Of a stretch of DNA of 42,643 nt, positions 1 through 9,448 are shown piece after piece. The DNA is from a virus (lineage: Duplodnaviria > Caudoviricetes), in IMG/VR virus record IMGVR_UViG_3300024331_000003, positions 1 through 42,643 of that record. The stretch is one strand, 5' to 3'. The notes beneath the pieces are model-generated. The model was not told the origin of the DNA. It made no database searches and saw nothing but the letters and a program-made list of their open reading frames with translations. The first letter of the stretch is position 1; each line of letters opens with the position of its first letter. A program made the translations under genes and the position numbers.

Positions 1-127
1 AAGCCGTCCTGCGGTCATGGATTGGCCTGCTGTTGGAAGCCGATGGCCGTTGCCGCAGCTGGACCGTGAAGCGTCGGACGCCTGATCTTCGCGGCCTGTG
101 CGAGTACCTGGCGAAGCTGTGCGCTGT
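1..127. repeat. Terminal direct repeat copy 1 (circular assembly overlap)
   Basis: Identical to 42517-42643. 127 nt is a typical assembler k-mer length, and ORFs are continuous across the join. Confidence 0.95.
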
Positions 128-1952
128 CCGTTGCCATGCGCACGATAGCGGCTCGCTCTTCCGGCGTAGCTGTGCCCTGCATGAATTTCCGCGCGAGCCA
201 GAAGGCGGCGCCAGTAGGCGTGTAGAGCGGCAAGCCGCCCGCTTCGAGCAAGCGTGGGGCCGTCTGTGATCCGGCTCCCGGCGTAATCGCCGTGGCTGTC
301 CGCGCTCGCGCGACTTCCAATTTCAATGCTGTCTGAAAATCAGCCGCATCCTTTGGTCCGAACGTCGCGGCGAGATTGGCCGTTTGTTCCGGCGTTGTCG
401 CGAGCGTAAGCGCGGGGCCGTAATTGCCTTCGCGGGCGCCGCGCAACTTGTCGGTAATCGCCTGCCGATAGCCCACGCCTGCATATTGCTGCGCCTTGGG
501 GCTTTGGCCGGCCAGATTGGCGAGTTGTGCCGCATATTCGTCCGAAGTCGTTGCAGGGCCTTCCTGCCCTAACTGGATGGCCGATTGATCGGCTGCGGAA
601 GCCCGGTAGGCGGCATTTGCCTCGTCCATGCCCGGTGTCTGCGCGATCGCTTGGCGGATGTCGCCCGTTCGAGACTTCAGGCCACTCGCTATATCTCCGG
701 CTCCTTGTCTTCCGGCCGCAAGATCAGCGCGCTCACGCATCGCAATATTAATGCGGTGAAGTGTGCCGGTCGAAATCTGCGGCATCGGCTGGTTCGGCTC
801 TGCGTTGAGAAGATTTTGCAGTTCCGACATTTGCTGTGGATCGCGGCGAGCATCCGCAGCGGTCATTGCCCGTCTGATAGCGGCGCGCCCAGCCTGTCCT
901 TGAAGCGCGGAAACCGCATCAGGCGTGAGCGTCGCAGGCTGCGAGTATGGTCCCGGATAGTCGCGTGTTGCCTGCTCGCCCTGCTGTTTGGCGATATCAG
1001 CGCTTACCTGTGCCGCAGGCCGACGCTCATTCGGCGTCAGAGCCATGGCCCGTTGCACCGTTTGGCCGGGAAGCGACGACCGCACCTGATCGGCGTAAGT
1101 TTGGGCCGTGTTCTGCGCATTGCCCTCCATGTCGAGTGCAGCGGCTCTGGCAAGTCGCATCGTCTGGTTGCCGCCAACATCGACGGCCGTAGGCGCAGAG
1201 GCTCCTACAGCGCCATATCCGGCCGCCCGCTGTGCCGCTCCCTGTGCCCCGCCGGGCCCGCTCGCAACGGCTCTGGCGAGCGTCTGCGCCGCCTGCTGGT
1301 CCGGATCGAGGAATGAATGGCCCAACGCGGCCGTAGACACGCGATTGATGGAGCGTGTCGCCATATTGACGGCTGCCGGGCCTACAGCCGTCGCTACACC
1401 GCCTGCAATCGCTCCTGCGGCTCGTGCATAAGGCTCCAGTGGCGTGCCCTGTGTAGCCTCACCAGCGGCTTCTGAAGCGGCGCCCGGAATAACCACTTGT
1501 GCCGCGCGTCCGAGCAGGCTCGATTCCCCTCCTGCCGCCGCAGCAGGGGCGAATGAGGCTATCGTTTCCGCATACTTTCCGGCCGTCGTCTGCGGCGCAT
1601 GATATGGCAGGATATTCGAGATCGCCGCGTTGACCTGTCCGCTGCTTGGCGCACGCCTGACGACCTGTACCGCTTGTGGGAACATCGCGGCCGCAACGGG
1701 CGCCACATAGGCCGCGACAGGCGAGTTCTGCATCGCATTCGCAGCCATGTTCCGCACGTCGCCATAGGCGCCAGCCACGGCGGCGGCGCCTTTCGACAGG
1801 CCCGTCAGCGCCGATTGTCCGACATCTTTCAGCGTGCCCATGACGCCGGGGCCTTGCGCATATTGCTTCATCACCTTGTCGATGACGACAGGATTGGTGC
1901 CGTCAGGGAACTGATGCTGTGTGCCGTCTGCGGAAATCGCGGTCACGGTCAT
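15..1952 (-). CDS. DNA ejection / internal virion protein (P22 gp16-like position)
   Basis: 645 aa, Ala/Gln-rich helical. Third of three ejection-type genes. N-terminal 'DGTQHQFPDGT..VIDKVMK' motif is typical of podovirus internal proteins. Confidence 0.7.
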   Translation of the reverse strand: MTVTAISADGTQHQFPDGTNPVVIDKVMKQYAQGPGVMGTLKDVGQSALTGLSKGAAAVAGAYGDVRNMAANAMQNSPVAAYVAPVAAAMFPQAVQVVRRAPSSGQVNAAISNILPYHAPQTTAGKYAETIASFAPAAAAGGESSLLGRAAQVVIPGAASEAAGEATQGTPLEPYARAAGAIAGGVATAVGPAAVNMATRSINRVSTAALGHSFLDPDQQAAQTLARAVASGPGGAQGAAQRAAGYGAVGASAPTAVDVGGNQTMRLARAAALDMEGNAQNTAQTYADQVRSSLPGQTVQRAMALTPNERRPAAQVSADIAKQQGEQATRDYPGPYSQPATLTPDAVSALQGQAGRAAIRRAMTAADARRDPQQMSELQNLLNAEPNQPMPQISTGTLHRINIAMRERADLAAGRQGAGDIASGLKSRTGDIRQAIAQTPGMDEANAAYRASAADQSAIQLGQEGPATTSDEYAAQLANLAGQSPKAQQYAGVGYRQAITDKLRGAREGNYGPALTLATTPEQTANLAATFGPKDAADFQTALKLEVARARTATAITPGAGSQTAPRLLEAGGLPLYTPTGAAFWLARKFMQGTATPEERAAIVRMATDSAQLRQVLAQAAKIRRPTLHGPAAATAIGFQQQANP

Positions 1953-3946
1953 TGGATGCGGTTGCCCTGCGCATCATAGCGGATGACTTGACCCTGTGGA
2001 TTCGCCGCGCGCGGCGGGGCAGCGTTTGCTTTTGGCGATGATGGAGGTTGCGGCGGTAGTCCACGAAGCTGCCTATTGAGATTGCTGATCGTATCGGCAA
2101 GCGCGCCCCTGCGCCCTGAAGTCTCACTGCGGATCGTATCGATGGCAGCGTAAAACTGCTGATCATTGCTCGCGTTTGAAAAGAAATCGTCGGACTGCCT
2201 ACGCGCCGCGTCTGTAATACCCTGCGCTCCTACTGCGCCTGATAGCAACTTGGCAGTTTCATTCTTCACGGCGCCGACAAGGATATTGAGGCGCGTCACG
2301 TCAGGATCGCCCTGAATGCTCTGGCGTCCCGCCTGAATCCAGCGATTGATGATCGGCGCAGAAGTAGCGGCGCCTTTCGGGATGGCCTTTTCCAATAGTT
2401 TGATATTATTGTCCAAGGTGCCGGAATACTGATCCACCTGCGCCTTCATCTTGACCATGCTATTGAGCGCAGCAGCGTTTGCTTGCCGCGCATTCTGTGC
2501 GCCGACGATATCGGAAACGCTCTGTCCGCTTTGCTGCGCTAATTGATTCGCTCTCTCCCAAAACTTTACGGCCCCCACGCCTGATCGGCCTAGACCAACT
2601 GGCGGTTTCCCGGTGAGAAAATATTGCTTGACCGCGAAGTCCAATGCATTATCCGCCATTGCCGCCATTGCTGCTGATGGAGGCGGATAAATCGGATGGC
2701 CTGTGCGCTGGTCTATACCGCTCGCTCCGGGCCACATCTGCGCTTCTGGCGAGCCCGGCTTAATAGGCTGCACAGGCGCTGCACTGGAACCGCCGCCGCT
2801 AAAGTCGGTAAATGTACCTCCGTTCGACAGCCGCGATGTCGTTGGGCCTGTGGCCTGTGCGATCTGTTGCTGCGGCGCTTGCGAACCTTGACGTTGCTGG
2901 ACTGCCGCCTGCACCGCGACTTGCCCGAGATAAGCTTGCGTCTCTTTCGGCAGGTCTTTGAACTGACCGCCGTTCTTCAGCCATTCGTCCGTTCTGCCCG
3001 GTCCCATGTTGTACGCTATAAGCCCAAGTGTCGGAGAACCGTAATGCTGCTGCATGGCCTGTAGGTACTGCTGGCCTACGCGCGTTTGCTCAAACGGTGA
3101 ATTATTCGCGGCAGGCTGTACGCCGTAACCCGGCGACTGCAGCGTGGCAGGCATTGTCTGCATCGTGCCGACCGCCCCGACTGGACTGACTGCGTTCGGA
3201 TTGCCGCCACTTTCGACGGATTGTACGGCATTGGCAGGCGCTGGTTGTCCCCCGAATAGTGCATCGCCGCCCGAAGGGCCGTTGGGCATCACAACGGGCG
3301 GCGCGCTCGCAGGCTGCGCAGAGGGAAGCGCAGCGCCGGATGATGGCGGGGTGTAGAATCCCTTCGTTCCATAGGGAACCGAAATAGGTTTCTGCTGCCC
3401 CGGTATCGTGTGCATCAGATTGCCGAATTGATCCGTAACGATTATGTTCCCCGCCTCGTCTTTCGTAAGCGTCGGCTGCTTCAGGACAAAGGCATTCGCT
3501 GCATCAATCGTGCCCTGCGGATTTGTCGCGAGTTGCTGGCGCATCTGCTGAAGCATCTGCGGTGAAACCTGCAACTGCTGCAATTCCGGCGACATCGTAT
3601 CAAAAGCGCGCAGTGCTTCGTCCGCGCCGCCATGCTGCAACGCCGCCTGCAAAACCGGAACGGCCTGATGCAGATATTGCAATTGCATCAAATGCTGCTG
3701 CAGGCCGAATTGCTGTGTCTGCTCAGCGCCCGGCATATCACCGCCTCGCGCTTGCGTCTGCGATGCGCCGGTATAATCGCCGCCCGCGAACTGCTGTCCT
3801 GCCTGCAATTGCGATTGGTACGTCTTGCGCTGCTTGGCGATGTCGAACAGCATATCGGCGTATTGCGCGCCCTTCTGGGCCGAATCCCAGGTATTCGTAT
3901 ATGGTACATCGCCCGCAACGCCGGGCATCGGAAGGGCAGAGACCAT
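1949..3946 (-). CDS. DNA ejection protein with lytic transglycosylase (SLT) domain
   Basis: SLT motifs VESGGNPNAVSPVGAVGTMQTMP, AYNMGPG and LPKETQAYL; Gln-rich. Start taken at ATG 3946 (ORF open to 3961). Confidence 0.8.
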   Translation of the reverse strand: MVSALPMPGVAGDVPYTNTWDSAQKGAQYADMLFDIAKQRKTYQSQLQAGQQFAGGDYTGASQTQARGGDMPGAEQTQQFGLQQHLMQLQYLHQAVPVLQAALQHGGADEALRAFDTMSPELQQLQVSPQMLQQMRQQLATNPQGTIDAANAFVLKQPTLTKDEAGNIIVTDQFGNLMHTIPGQQKPISVPYGTKGFYTPPSSGAALPSAQPASAPPVVMPNGPSGGDALFGGQPAPANAVQSVESGGNPNAVSPVGAVGTMQTMPATLQSPGYGVQPAANNSPFEQTRVGQQYLQAMQQHYGSPTLGLIAYNMGPGRTDEWLKNGGQFKDLPKETQAYLGQVAVQAAVQQRQGSQAPQQQIAQATGPTTSRLSNGGTFTDFSGGGSSAAPVQPIKPGSPEAQMWPGASGIDQRTGHPIYPPPSAAMAAMADNALDFAVKQYFLTGKPPVGLGRSGVGAVKFWERANQLAQQSGQSVSDIVGAQNARQANAAALNSMVKMKAQVDQYSGTLDNNIKLLEKAIPKGAATSAPIINRWIQAGRQSIQGDPDVTRLNILVGAVKNETAKLLSGAVGAQGITDAARRQSDDFFSNASNDQQFYAAIDTIRSETSGRRGALADTISNLNRQLRGLPPQPPSSPKANAAPPRAANPQGQVIRYDAQGNRIQ

Positions 3947-3950
3947 CCGC

Positions 3951-4628
3951 CTAGCCCCCAAACAGACTGGCTAGACTCATGAGACCTGAGCCGTAGGATG
4001 ATCCAAACGCACCTCCGCCACTCCCGCCGAAAAAGCCGCCAAGCCCGGAGTACAGATTGCCCCAAATGTTGCCCTGATTGATCGCCGCGTTGCCCTGTGC
4101 CATGCCGTAATTCTGGAAGAGCTGTGATTGCTCGTTGGCGTTCTGCTGGCCAAGTTGGCCTGTCATTGCGGCCGAGCTTTCGCCAAGGCCGGCGAGATTG
4201 GATAAACGAGACGCATAGTTGTTGAAATTCTGTGTAGCGAGCCCGGATGCGAAATTCGCTTCCGACTTGCGGATAGCGCCACTATCCAGTCCTCCGGTCG
4301 CTGCCGCATTGCCGGTGATCCCACGCAAACCCTGCTGCATCGCGAACTTATAATCCGGGCTTTGATAAAAGGCGGAGAAATTAGGTCCGCGCCCATCCGC
4401 AACTTGTTGGCCCGCTGCATTCGTATAACGGAGCCCGTACATCTGAGCCAATTGATCGAGTGCAGACTGTCCGGTGACGCGATATGGCCCAAGATCCGCC
4501 CGCGTCGTGGTATACATCTGTTTCTGCAGATCGATCGCCTGCTGGATCGCCTGCGTCTCATATTGCGCGGCCTGCTGATAGCCCTGCGCCTGTGCATTGG
4601 CGCCAAAAATATCGCCTAGGATAGACAT
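3951..4628 (-). CDS. DNA ejection/pilot protein (P22 gp7-like)
   Basis: Starts MSILGDIFG; Gly/Ala/Gln-rich with 'SPDYKFAMQQG..AAATGGLDSG' motif; first ejection gene. Confidence 0.75.
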   Translation of the reverse strand: MSILGDIFGANAQAQGYQQAAQYETQAIQQAIDLQKQMYTTTRADLGPYRVTGQSALDQLAQMYGLRYTNAAGQQVADGRGPNFSAFYQSPDYKFAMQQGLRGITGNAAATGGLDSGAIRKSEANFASGLATQNFNNYASRLSNLAGLGESSAAMTGQLGQQNANEQSQLFQNYGMAQGNAAINQGNIWGNLYSGLGGFFGGSGGGAFGSSYGSGLMSLASLFGG

Positions 4629-5089
4629 CGGATCATTCTCCTGCACGCGGGCGAAGCGAACCATGCCGCACGCGTCACATACCAAAGCCGCGTCGAGACT
4701 TCCGCGCCGTTGTAGTCGCCGCACAATCGCCAGCCGTGCGACTTCGGTGGTGCTGCTCGCGGTAGCATCTCCGGCTCAAGCGCAATCAGCATCTGCGCAT
4801 CCGTCGCATTGAACAGAAACCGCATACATTGCTTGGCGGTGTCCGCGACCTCCCGGCCCCACGCCTCCCGCGTGAACATCGCGTGTATCTCGAAGATGCG
4901 GCCCGTCATATCCAACTGGCAGCAGAAGAACCCGCCATGCTCCGAGGAAAGCGGAAGGATATTGCGCTGCGTACAAAGCGCACCCGGATCGACCACATAA
5001 ACGCCGTGTCTCAACGATTCGTCTACTTCCGGGAACGAGGCGATGTGCCGCCAGAATTGTGGATCGCGGCAGACGGCAATCTGGTTCAT
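4616..5089 (-). CDS. GNAT-fold protein (P22 gp14/DUF2824-like)
   Basis: 'FEIHAMFTREAWG' GNAT-like motif; conserved position just before the ejection genes. Confidence 0.6.
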   Translation of the reverse strand: MNQIAVCRDPQFWRHIASFPEVDESLRHGVYVVDPGALCTQRNILPLSSEHGGFFCCQLDMTGRIFEIHAMFTREAWGREVADTAKQCMRFLFNATDAQMLIALEPEMLPRAAPPKSHGWRLCGDYNGAEVSTRLWYVTRAAWFASPACRRMIRCLS

Positions 5090-5301
5090 GCGATGACCGC
5101 GAGTTTCGCCGTCGAGCCATCGGGGAGAATGATCGTCACATAGCCCGTAATCGGCGCGTCCACATGATTCGTCACCGCATTGGGTGTGATGTTCTCAATC
5201 GCCGTACAGACCCGATCCCAATTCTGCAGTAGAAAGATCGACGGCTTGCCCTCGATCGAAACGTCCGCCAGATTGTTCAGTCGAGGCAAAGGCAACCTCA
5301 C
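5086..5301 (-). CDS. Small virion-module protein
   Basis: 71 aa with 4-nt overlaps to both neighbours. Confidence 0.6.
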   Translation of the reverse strand: MRLPLPRLNNLADVSIEGKPSIFLLQNWDRVCTAIENITPNAVTNHVDAPITGYVTIILPDGSTAKLAVIA

Positions 5302-6695
5302 GTCGCGTACGCCTCATTGATGCGCGCATACGACACGCGGAATAAAGTCGGATCGCCACAGCGGATATGAAACATGCGCCCCGGCTGTTTCATCATGCCG
5401 AGTTGTCGCCACGCAACTTCGACGCCGAACTGTCCGCGTCTGCCCATGTGCGCGCTGTTGCGCCATGCGCTCCACAGATTGCCGCCATCGTCGCTCATGC
5501 GCATTTGCACTACGGGATTAGGGGCTTTCTGGTTCGCCCATCCCGTTGCGCAATAGAGCGAGAAGCTGTGACAGGGTTCGGGTTTTCCGGTGATCGGTAG
5601 GCCCCCAACCAATTCACGCTCTATCGGCAGCGTCTTGTTGTCCACAGAGAGCGTCGAATCCAGCTGCCAGAGATCATTCGTCCATGCATCGCCGGCCACG
5701 ACGAGCGAGCCATCCGTCCATGCGCCGAGATGCGCCTGCCATTGCGGCCGACCGTACGTCGCCCATTCGACCCAGCCACCCGCTGCCACATCATAAACGA
5801 ACGTGCCGAGATCGCCGATGGTGAGCGCATAGAAGACGTGTCCATTGAACGGAAACGACCACGCACGCAGAAGCGTAAAATCGGTTTTCATCAGCTTTTC
5901 TTCGATGGCGAAGTCGCTGATGCGCTGCGGGGCAATAGCTGCCCGATACACGATCTTGTCGCGACCGACCCAAAAGATCGTATTGTCTGTTTTGGTGACC
6001 GTCGCGCGATTGGCGCAGCCCTTGTCGTACAACATCCCTTCCTGACGCTGAAACGGGTTGTTGGCGTCTCCGGTCGGCGTAAATACCTCCACGCTGGTCT
6101 GTTTGAACACGAACAGCATGTCGGAGATATGCTCGATCTTCACGCAATCGTCCGAATTGTTCTCCGCAGAGAAGAAATTCAGTCCGTCGGGATTGTCGGC
6201 GCCAGGATCGATCCACCAGATACGATGCGAGCCCAACTGTGTAAGCAGGAAATAGCCGTTCATGTAGGCCACGGAACCGACCGGGACATTGTTCGGCATG
6301 TTCACGGTCTTGATGACCGAGCCGCCGGTCGAATAGGCCGTACCGTTGGAAACGATGATCGCGCGCGTCGTCGAAGCGGCGATGGAGACGTTTTCCGTGC
6401 CTCCAACATTCCCCAATAGCGTACCCTTCCCCCCTTCCGTCACGCGATGGGCCTGTGTCCCCGCGACCGTGATGAAATCGTTGGAGCCAAACACGCCGTC
6501 CTGCTTGAACACGCCGCGGATCGGGCCTTTCGCGCCCGGTTTGGCAAACGACTTCAAGCCCGGCCGCTGAATGTGGACGATTTTACCAATCTGATCAGTT
6601 GGATTGGCCTCAGAATAAAAATTGCGAACGATTATGTTTGGCAATCGCCCGTCAAATCTGTTATAAGCACTTACGCCCAGGGGGACTTCTGCCAT
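5298..6695 (-). CDS. Tail hub / DNA stabilisation protein (P22 gp10-like)
   Basis: Starts MAEVPLG at ATG 6695; beta-rich; C-terminal 'MRMSDDGGNLWS..MGRRGQF..WRQLG..GRMFHIRCGDP' gp10 signature. Confidence 0.85.
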   Translation of the reverse strand: MAEVPLGVSAYNRFDGRLPNIIVRNFYSEANPTDQIGKIVHIQRPGLKSFAKPGAKGPIRGVFKQDGVFGSNDFITVAGTQAHRVTEGGKGTLLGNVGGTENVSIAASTTRAIIVSNGTAYSTGGSVIKTVNMPNNVPVGSVAYMNGYFLLTQLGSHRIWWIDPGADNPDGLNFFSAENNSDDCVKIEHISDMLFVFKQTSVEVFTPTGDANNPFQRQEGMLYDKGCANRATVTKTDNTIFWVGRDKIVYRAAIAPQRISDFAIEEKLMKTDFTLLRAWSFPFNGHVFYALTIGDLGTFVYDVAAGGWVEWATYGRPQWQAHLGAWTDGSLVVAGDAWTNDLWQLDSTLSVDNKTLPIERELVGGLPITGKPEPCHSFSLYCATGWANQKAPNPVVQMRMSDDGGNLWSAWRNSAHMGRRGQFGVEVAWRQLGMMKQPGRMFHIRCGDPTLFRVSYARINEAYAT

Positions 6696-7335
6696 GTCAG
6701 GCCAAACTTTCGGTGACTGGACCGTTAAAGGCCAAGTCGGAAACCGCTCGCTTTGCCGCTGTAAATGCGGTGTTGAACGATCTGTTGTGACGCGAACATT
6801 GCTCATCGGTACGAGCACTGGCTGCGGCTGTCGGAAGGCACAAGAATGCAAAGAGCGACGAACCAAGCACGGTTTGGCACACACGCCAGAATATACGGCA
6901 CTTTGTGACGCCATCCGTCGCTGCCACGGAAAGCACAAAAGCTTTCATCGTTATGGCGGACGAGGAATTATAGTCTGCGACCGCTGGCGTTTTGGCGAAA
7001 ATGGCCGCACCGGTCTTGAATGCTTCATCTCTGATATGGGACCAAGGCCACAAGGACGATATAGCATCGAGCGCATCAATAACGACGGCAACTATTCGCC
7101 CGATAATTGCAAATGGCTTCCTATAGCCGAGCAATCCGACAATAGAGAATTGTGCAGACGCTTCATGATTGACGGTAAAGCTCTTACGGCTAGGCAAATT
7201 GCTCATAACTTTGGCGTTCCATTCAGGCGGCTTCAAAGTCGCCTCGAAATAGGGTGGCCAATCGACGGCGCAATTCATGCTCCGTTGCGAATGAAGAAAA
7301 AACGATGGCTTCGCGAACATTCTAGCGTTTCCTAG
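6694..7335 (+). CDS. HNH homing endonuclease inserted opposite to the late operon
   Basis: 'CRCKCG..STGCGC', 'RYGGRGIIVCDRW', 'FISDMGPRP..SIERINNDGNYSPDNCKW', C-terminal 'RLEIGW'; lower GC than flanks. Confidence 0.9.
   Translation: MSGQTFGDWTVKGQVGNRSLCRCKCGVERSVVTRTLLIGTSTGCGCRKAQECKERRTKHGLAHTPEYTALCDAIRRCHGKHKSFHRYGGRGIIVCDRWRFGENGRTGLECFISDMGPRPQGRYSIERINNDGNYSPDNCKWLPIAEQSDNRELCRRFMIDGKALTARQIAHNFGVPFRRLQSRLEIGWPIDGAIHAPLRMKKKRWLREHSSVS
6697..7320 (-). other. 207-aa antisense ORF spanning the HNH gene (possible translational bridge)
   Basis: ATG lies 1 nt after the upstream TAG; its TGA lies 1 nt before the gp10-like ATG; no recognisable domain. Confidence 0.4.
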
Positions 7336-7498
7336 CCGCCTCGCGTACCTTGTCGGCATAGGATTTCTTGCCCTTTGCCTTGCGCTGCACGGAATAAGCA
7401 ATGGCAATAGCCTGCTTCAATGGTTCCTGTCCTTCGACGTATTCGCGCCGGATGTTCTCGGAGCGTGCCTTGTCGGACGAACTATTGACGAGCGGCAT
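7322..7498 (-). CDS. Small basic phage protein (MPL..S..NIR..KQAIAIA type)
   Basis: 58 aa MPLVNSSSDKARSENIRREYVEGQEPLKQAIAIAYS, a recurrent small virion-module protein motif. Confidence 0.7.
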   Translation of the reverse strand: MPLVNSSSDKARSENIRREYVEGQEPLKQAIAIAYSVQRKAKGKKSYADKVREAARKR

Positions 7499-7736
7499 TC
7501 GACACCTTGTCCGCATAGGACGATTCGCTGCCCATGTTCGGATAGCGGCGGTGTACGGCAGCGCGTACTTGTGCAGCTTCCGCGCTTGTCACGCTCCCTG
7601 CACTTATCGCACGCGGCAATAATTGCAGCGCTTTCTGGCCGTGAGCGCGGTTGTGGATTGGAAACATACGTTTCCCCGGCAATGCGAACGATGAACTCGG
7701 CAGCGCATTGCGTGCTTCTATACTGAGAACACTCAT
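7482..7736 (-). CDS. Small phage protein (DUF6582-like)
   Basis: 'RNALPSSSFALPGKRMFPIHNRAH..AL' motif; ATGA overlap with the upstream gene. Confidence 0.65.
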   Translation of the reverse strand: MSVLSIEARNALPSSSFALPGKRMFPIHNRAHGQKALQLLPRAISAGSVTSAEAAQVRAAVHRRYPNMGSESSYADKVSNAARQ

Positions 7737-9448
7737 GGAATCGTTCTCCATTTCCCCGCTGCAAAGTCACGGAACAGTTGGCCCGATCCGCTGGCGATGC
7801 TCACCGACGCATTCGCAGCGCCGCGATTGATGCTATCACCGGTGCTCGGAAACACGGCCAGTGTCGCCGCGCCGTCATTGCCGACTTCGACGGAAATCCC
7901 GGTTCCAGATGCGGGCGGTAGTTTCACCGAATCGCCGTTTGTCGCGCAGACCGACACTTCGTTCATGCCGTAGACGAGCGCAGTGGCTCCCGGCTGGCCG
8001 CCGCCGGCAAGAGCCGTCAGTGCCTTCACAACAGCGAGCGCCGGAGCCGGTGCCCACGCCTGATCGCCATTGCCGCGCATGGCGGTGGTCATGTCCACGT
8101 CATAACCGTTGCCGAACGCGGTACCGAGCACATAACCGGGACTGTTGACATTGAAGGCCGTGAAGTTCGACGGCGGCGCACCATCGGGAATATCGAAGAT
8201 GTTGCAGCAGAACATGTTGGCGCTGGAGTTCTTGGTTGGCGTCACGAAATCTGGCAGCCAGTTGACGATGGTATACTGCTTGGTGACATCGGGGATGTTG
8301 GAGCACTTGAACTGATTGCCGATGACGATGGTACGCCCGTTCGGGTCGACGTAGATGTTCAGGCAGATGTTGTTCCCGCCCGTCGCCGCGATCGGTTTGT
8401 AATCGAAGAGATTGTTCGCGATCAGCAACGAATGCGATTGGCGCCCCACATTCACGATCGGACCCTGCGAATGCTCCAGCTTGTTCTGCTGAATCTGCCA
8501 GCCCTGCATCTTCGCTGAATCGATGCAGGCAATTGTGCCATCCGGGCTCCCGCATGCCTGGATGATGTTCATGGTCATGTAGAGGTCCGTCACCAGATCG
8601 GTGATGACATCCGGCCCTTCCACCAGATCGCCGACGCTCAGACCCGTGATATTGGAAACCAGCAGTTGATTTGTACCGTTTGAAACTCCAGTAAACGTCG
8701 TATTCGACGTATCGTCGGTATATGTGTTCGAGCCGTTCATCGTGCCGTTTACGGCACGCGACAGCACCACATAATGCTGCCCGCCCGGACCGGGATTAAT
8801 TGCGGTGATCAGCGTGCTTTGTGCGATCAGCGCGCCCTTGGTGCACTGGTTGATCTGATTGTTGATGAAATGAATGCCCGCGACATTGCTATCGCCGGCC
8901 GGGAACGGAAATCCGCTGAACGTGTTGGTCGTGACGCGAAAGCCGCCGAATTGCCCGCTCAGACTGCCGAATACGGTACAGTCGGTTATTCGCGCGCGGG
9001 TCGCCGAGCACACGACCGCATAGCCATCTGTCGAAAGCGCATCGGCCGCGAAACTCAGGTCCTGTATTTTTGCCCCATCGTGATCCCGGAGCGGGATATC
9101 ATTCAGATAATTGTATGGAACCAGAATGCTGTTGGCGCCTTTGCCAACTAATCCCGCCTTGCTCAACTGCGTCGATGTAGCGCCCGCTCCGCGCACAGTC
9201 TGTGCATCGTAATAAGCAACATTCGAGCAGAGATACGTTCCCGGCGGGTAATAGACGTGACCACCGATACCGGCCGCAGCATGGGCAGCGTTCAAATAAC
9301 TGCTGACATCGGTCGTGGAACGGCTGTTGAGAATATCGGATTGAAGCGTGGAGGGAATGAATGAGAACACATTGACCGAATTGCCCCGGACGATGTTATC
9401 GACATCGGGATTCGTATAATCCTTTGGGGTGATGACGGTGATGGTCAT
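7733..9448 (-). CDS. Tailspike/fibre with pectate-lyase-like beta-helix (depolymerase)
   Basis: 'DVSSYLNAA..GGHVYYPPGTY..VRGAG' Pectate_lyase_3-type N-terminus; Asn-ladder repeats; C-terminal beta-sandwich domain; no signal peptide. Confidence 0.75.
   Translation of the reverse strand: MTITVITPKDYTNPDVDNIVRGNSVNVFSFIPSTLQSDILNSRSTTDVSSYLNAAHAAAGIGGHVYYPPGTYLCSNVAYYDAQTVRGAGATSTQLSKAGLVGKGANSILVPYNYLNDIPLRDHDGAKIQDLSFAADALSTDGYAVVCSATRARITDCTVFGSLSGQFGGFRVTTNTFSGFPFPAGDSNVAGIHFINNQINQCTKGALIAQSTLITAINPGPGGQHYVVLSRAVNGTMNGSNTYTDDTSNTTFTGVSNGTNQLLVSNITGLSVGDLVEGPDVITDLVTDLYMTMNIIQACGSPDGTIACIDSAKMQGWQIQQNKLEHSQGPIVNVGRQSHSLLIANNLFDYKPIAATGGNNICLNIYVDPNGRTIVIGNQFKCSNIPDVTKQYTIVNWLPDFVTPTKNSSANMFCCNIFDIPDGAPPSNFTAFNVNSPGYVLGTAFGNGYDVDMTTAMRGNGDQAWAPAPALAVVKALTALAGGGQPGATALVYGMNEVSVCATNGDSVKLPPASGTGISVEVGNDGAATLAVFPSTGDSINRGAANASVSIASGSGQLFRDFAAGKWRTIP

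Noticed and set aside
1-127. 127-bp terminal repeat as a biological direct terminal repeat
   Set aside because: It cuts through a gene junction and its length matches a common assembler k-mer, so it is better explained as a circular contig overlap.
6696-6938. 81-aa N-terminal extension of the gp10-like ORF
   Set aside because: It lies antisense inside the HNH gene; the gp10-like sequence begins at MAEVPLG (6695).
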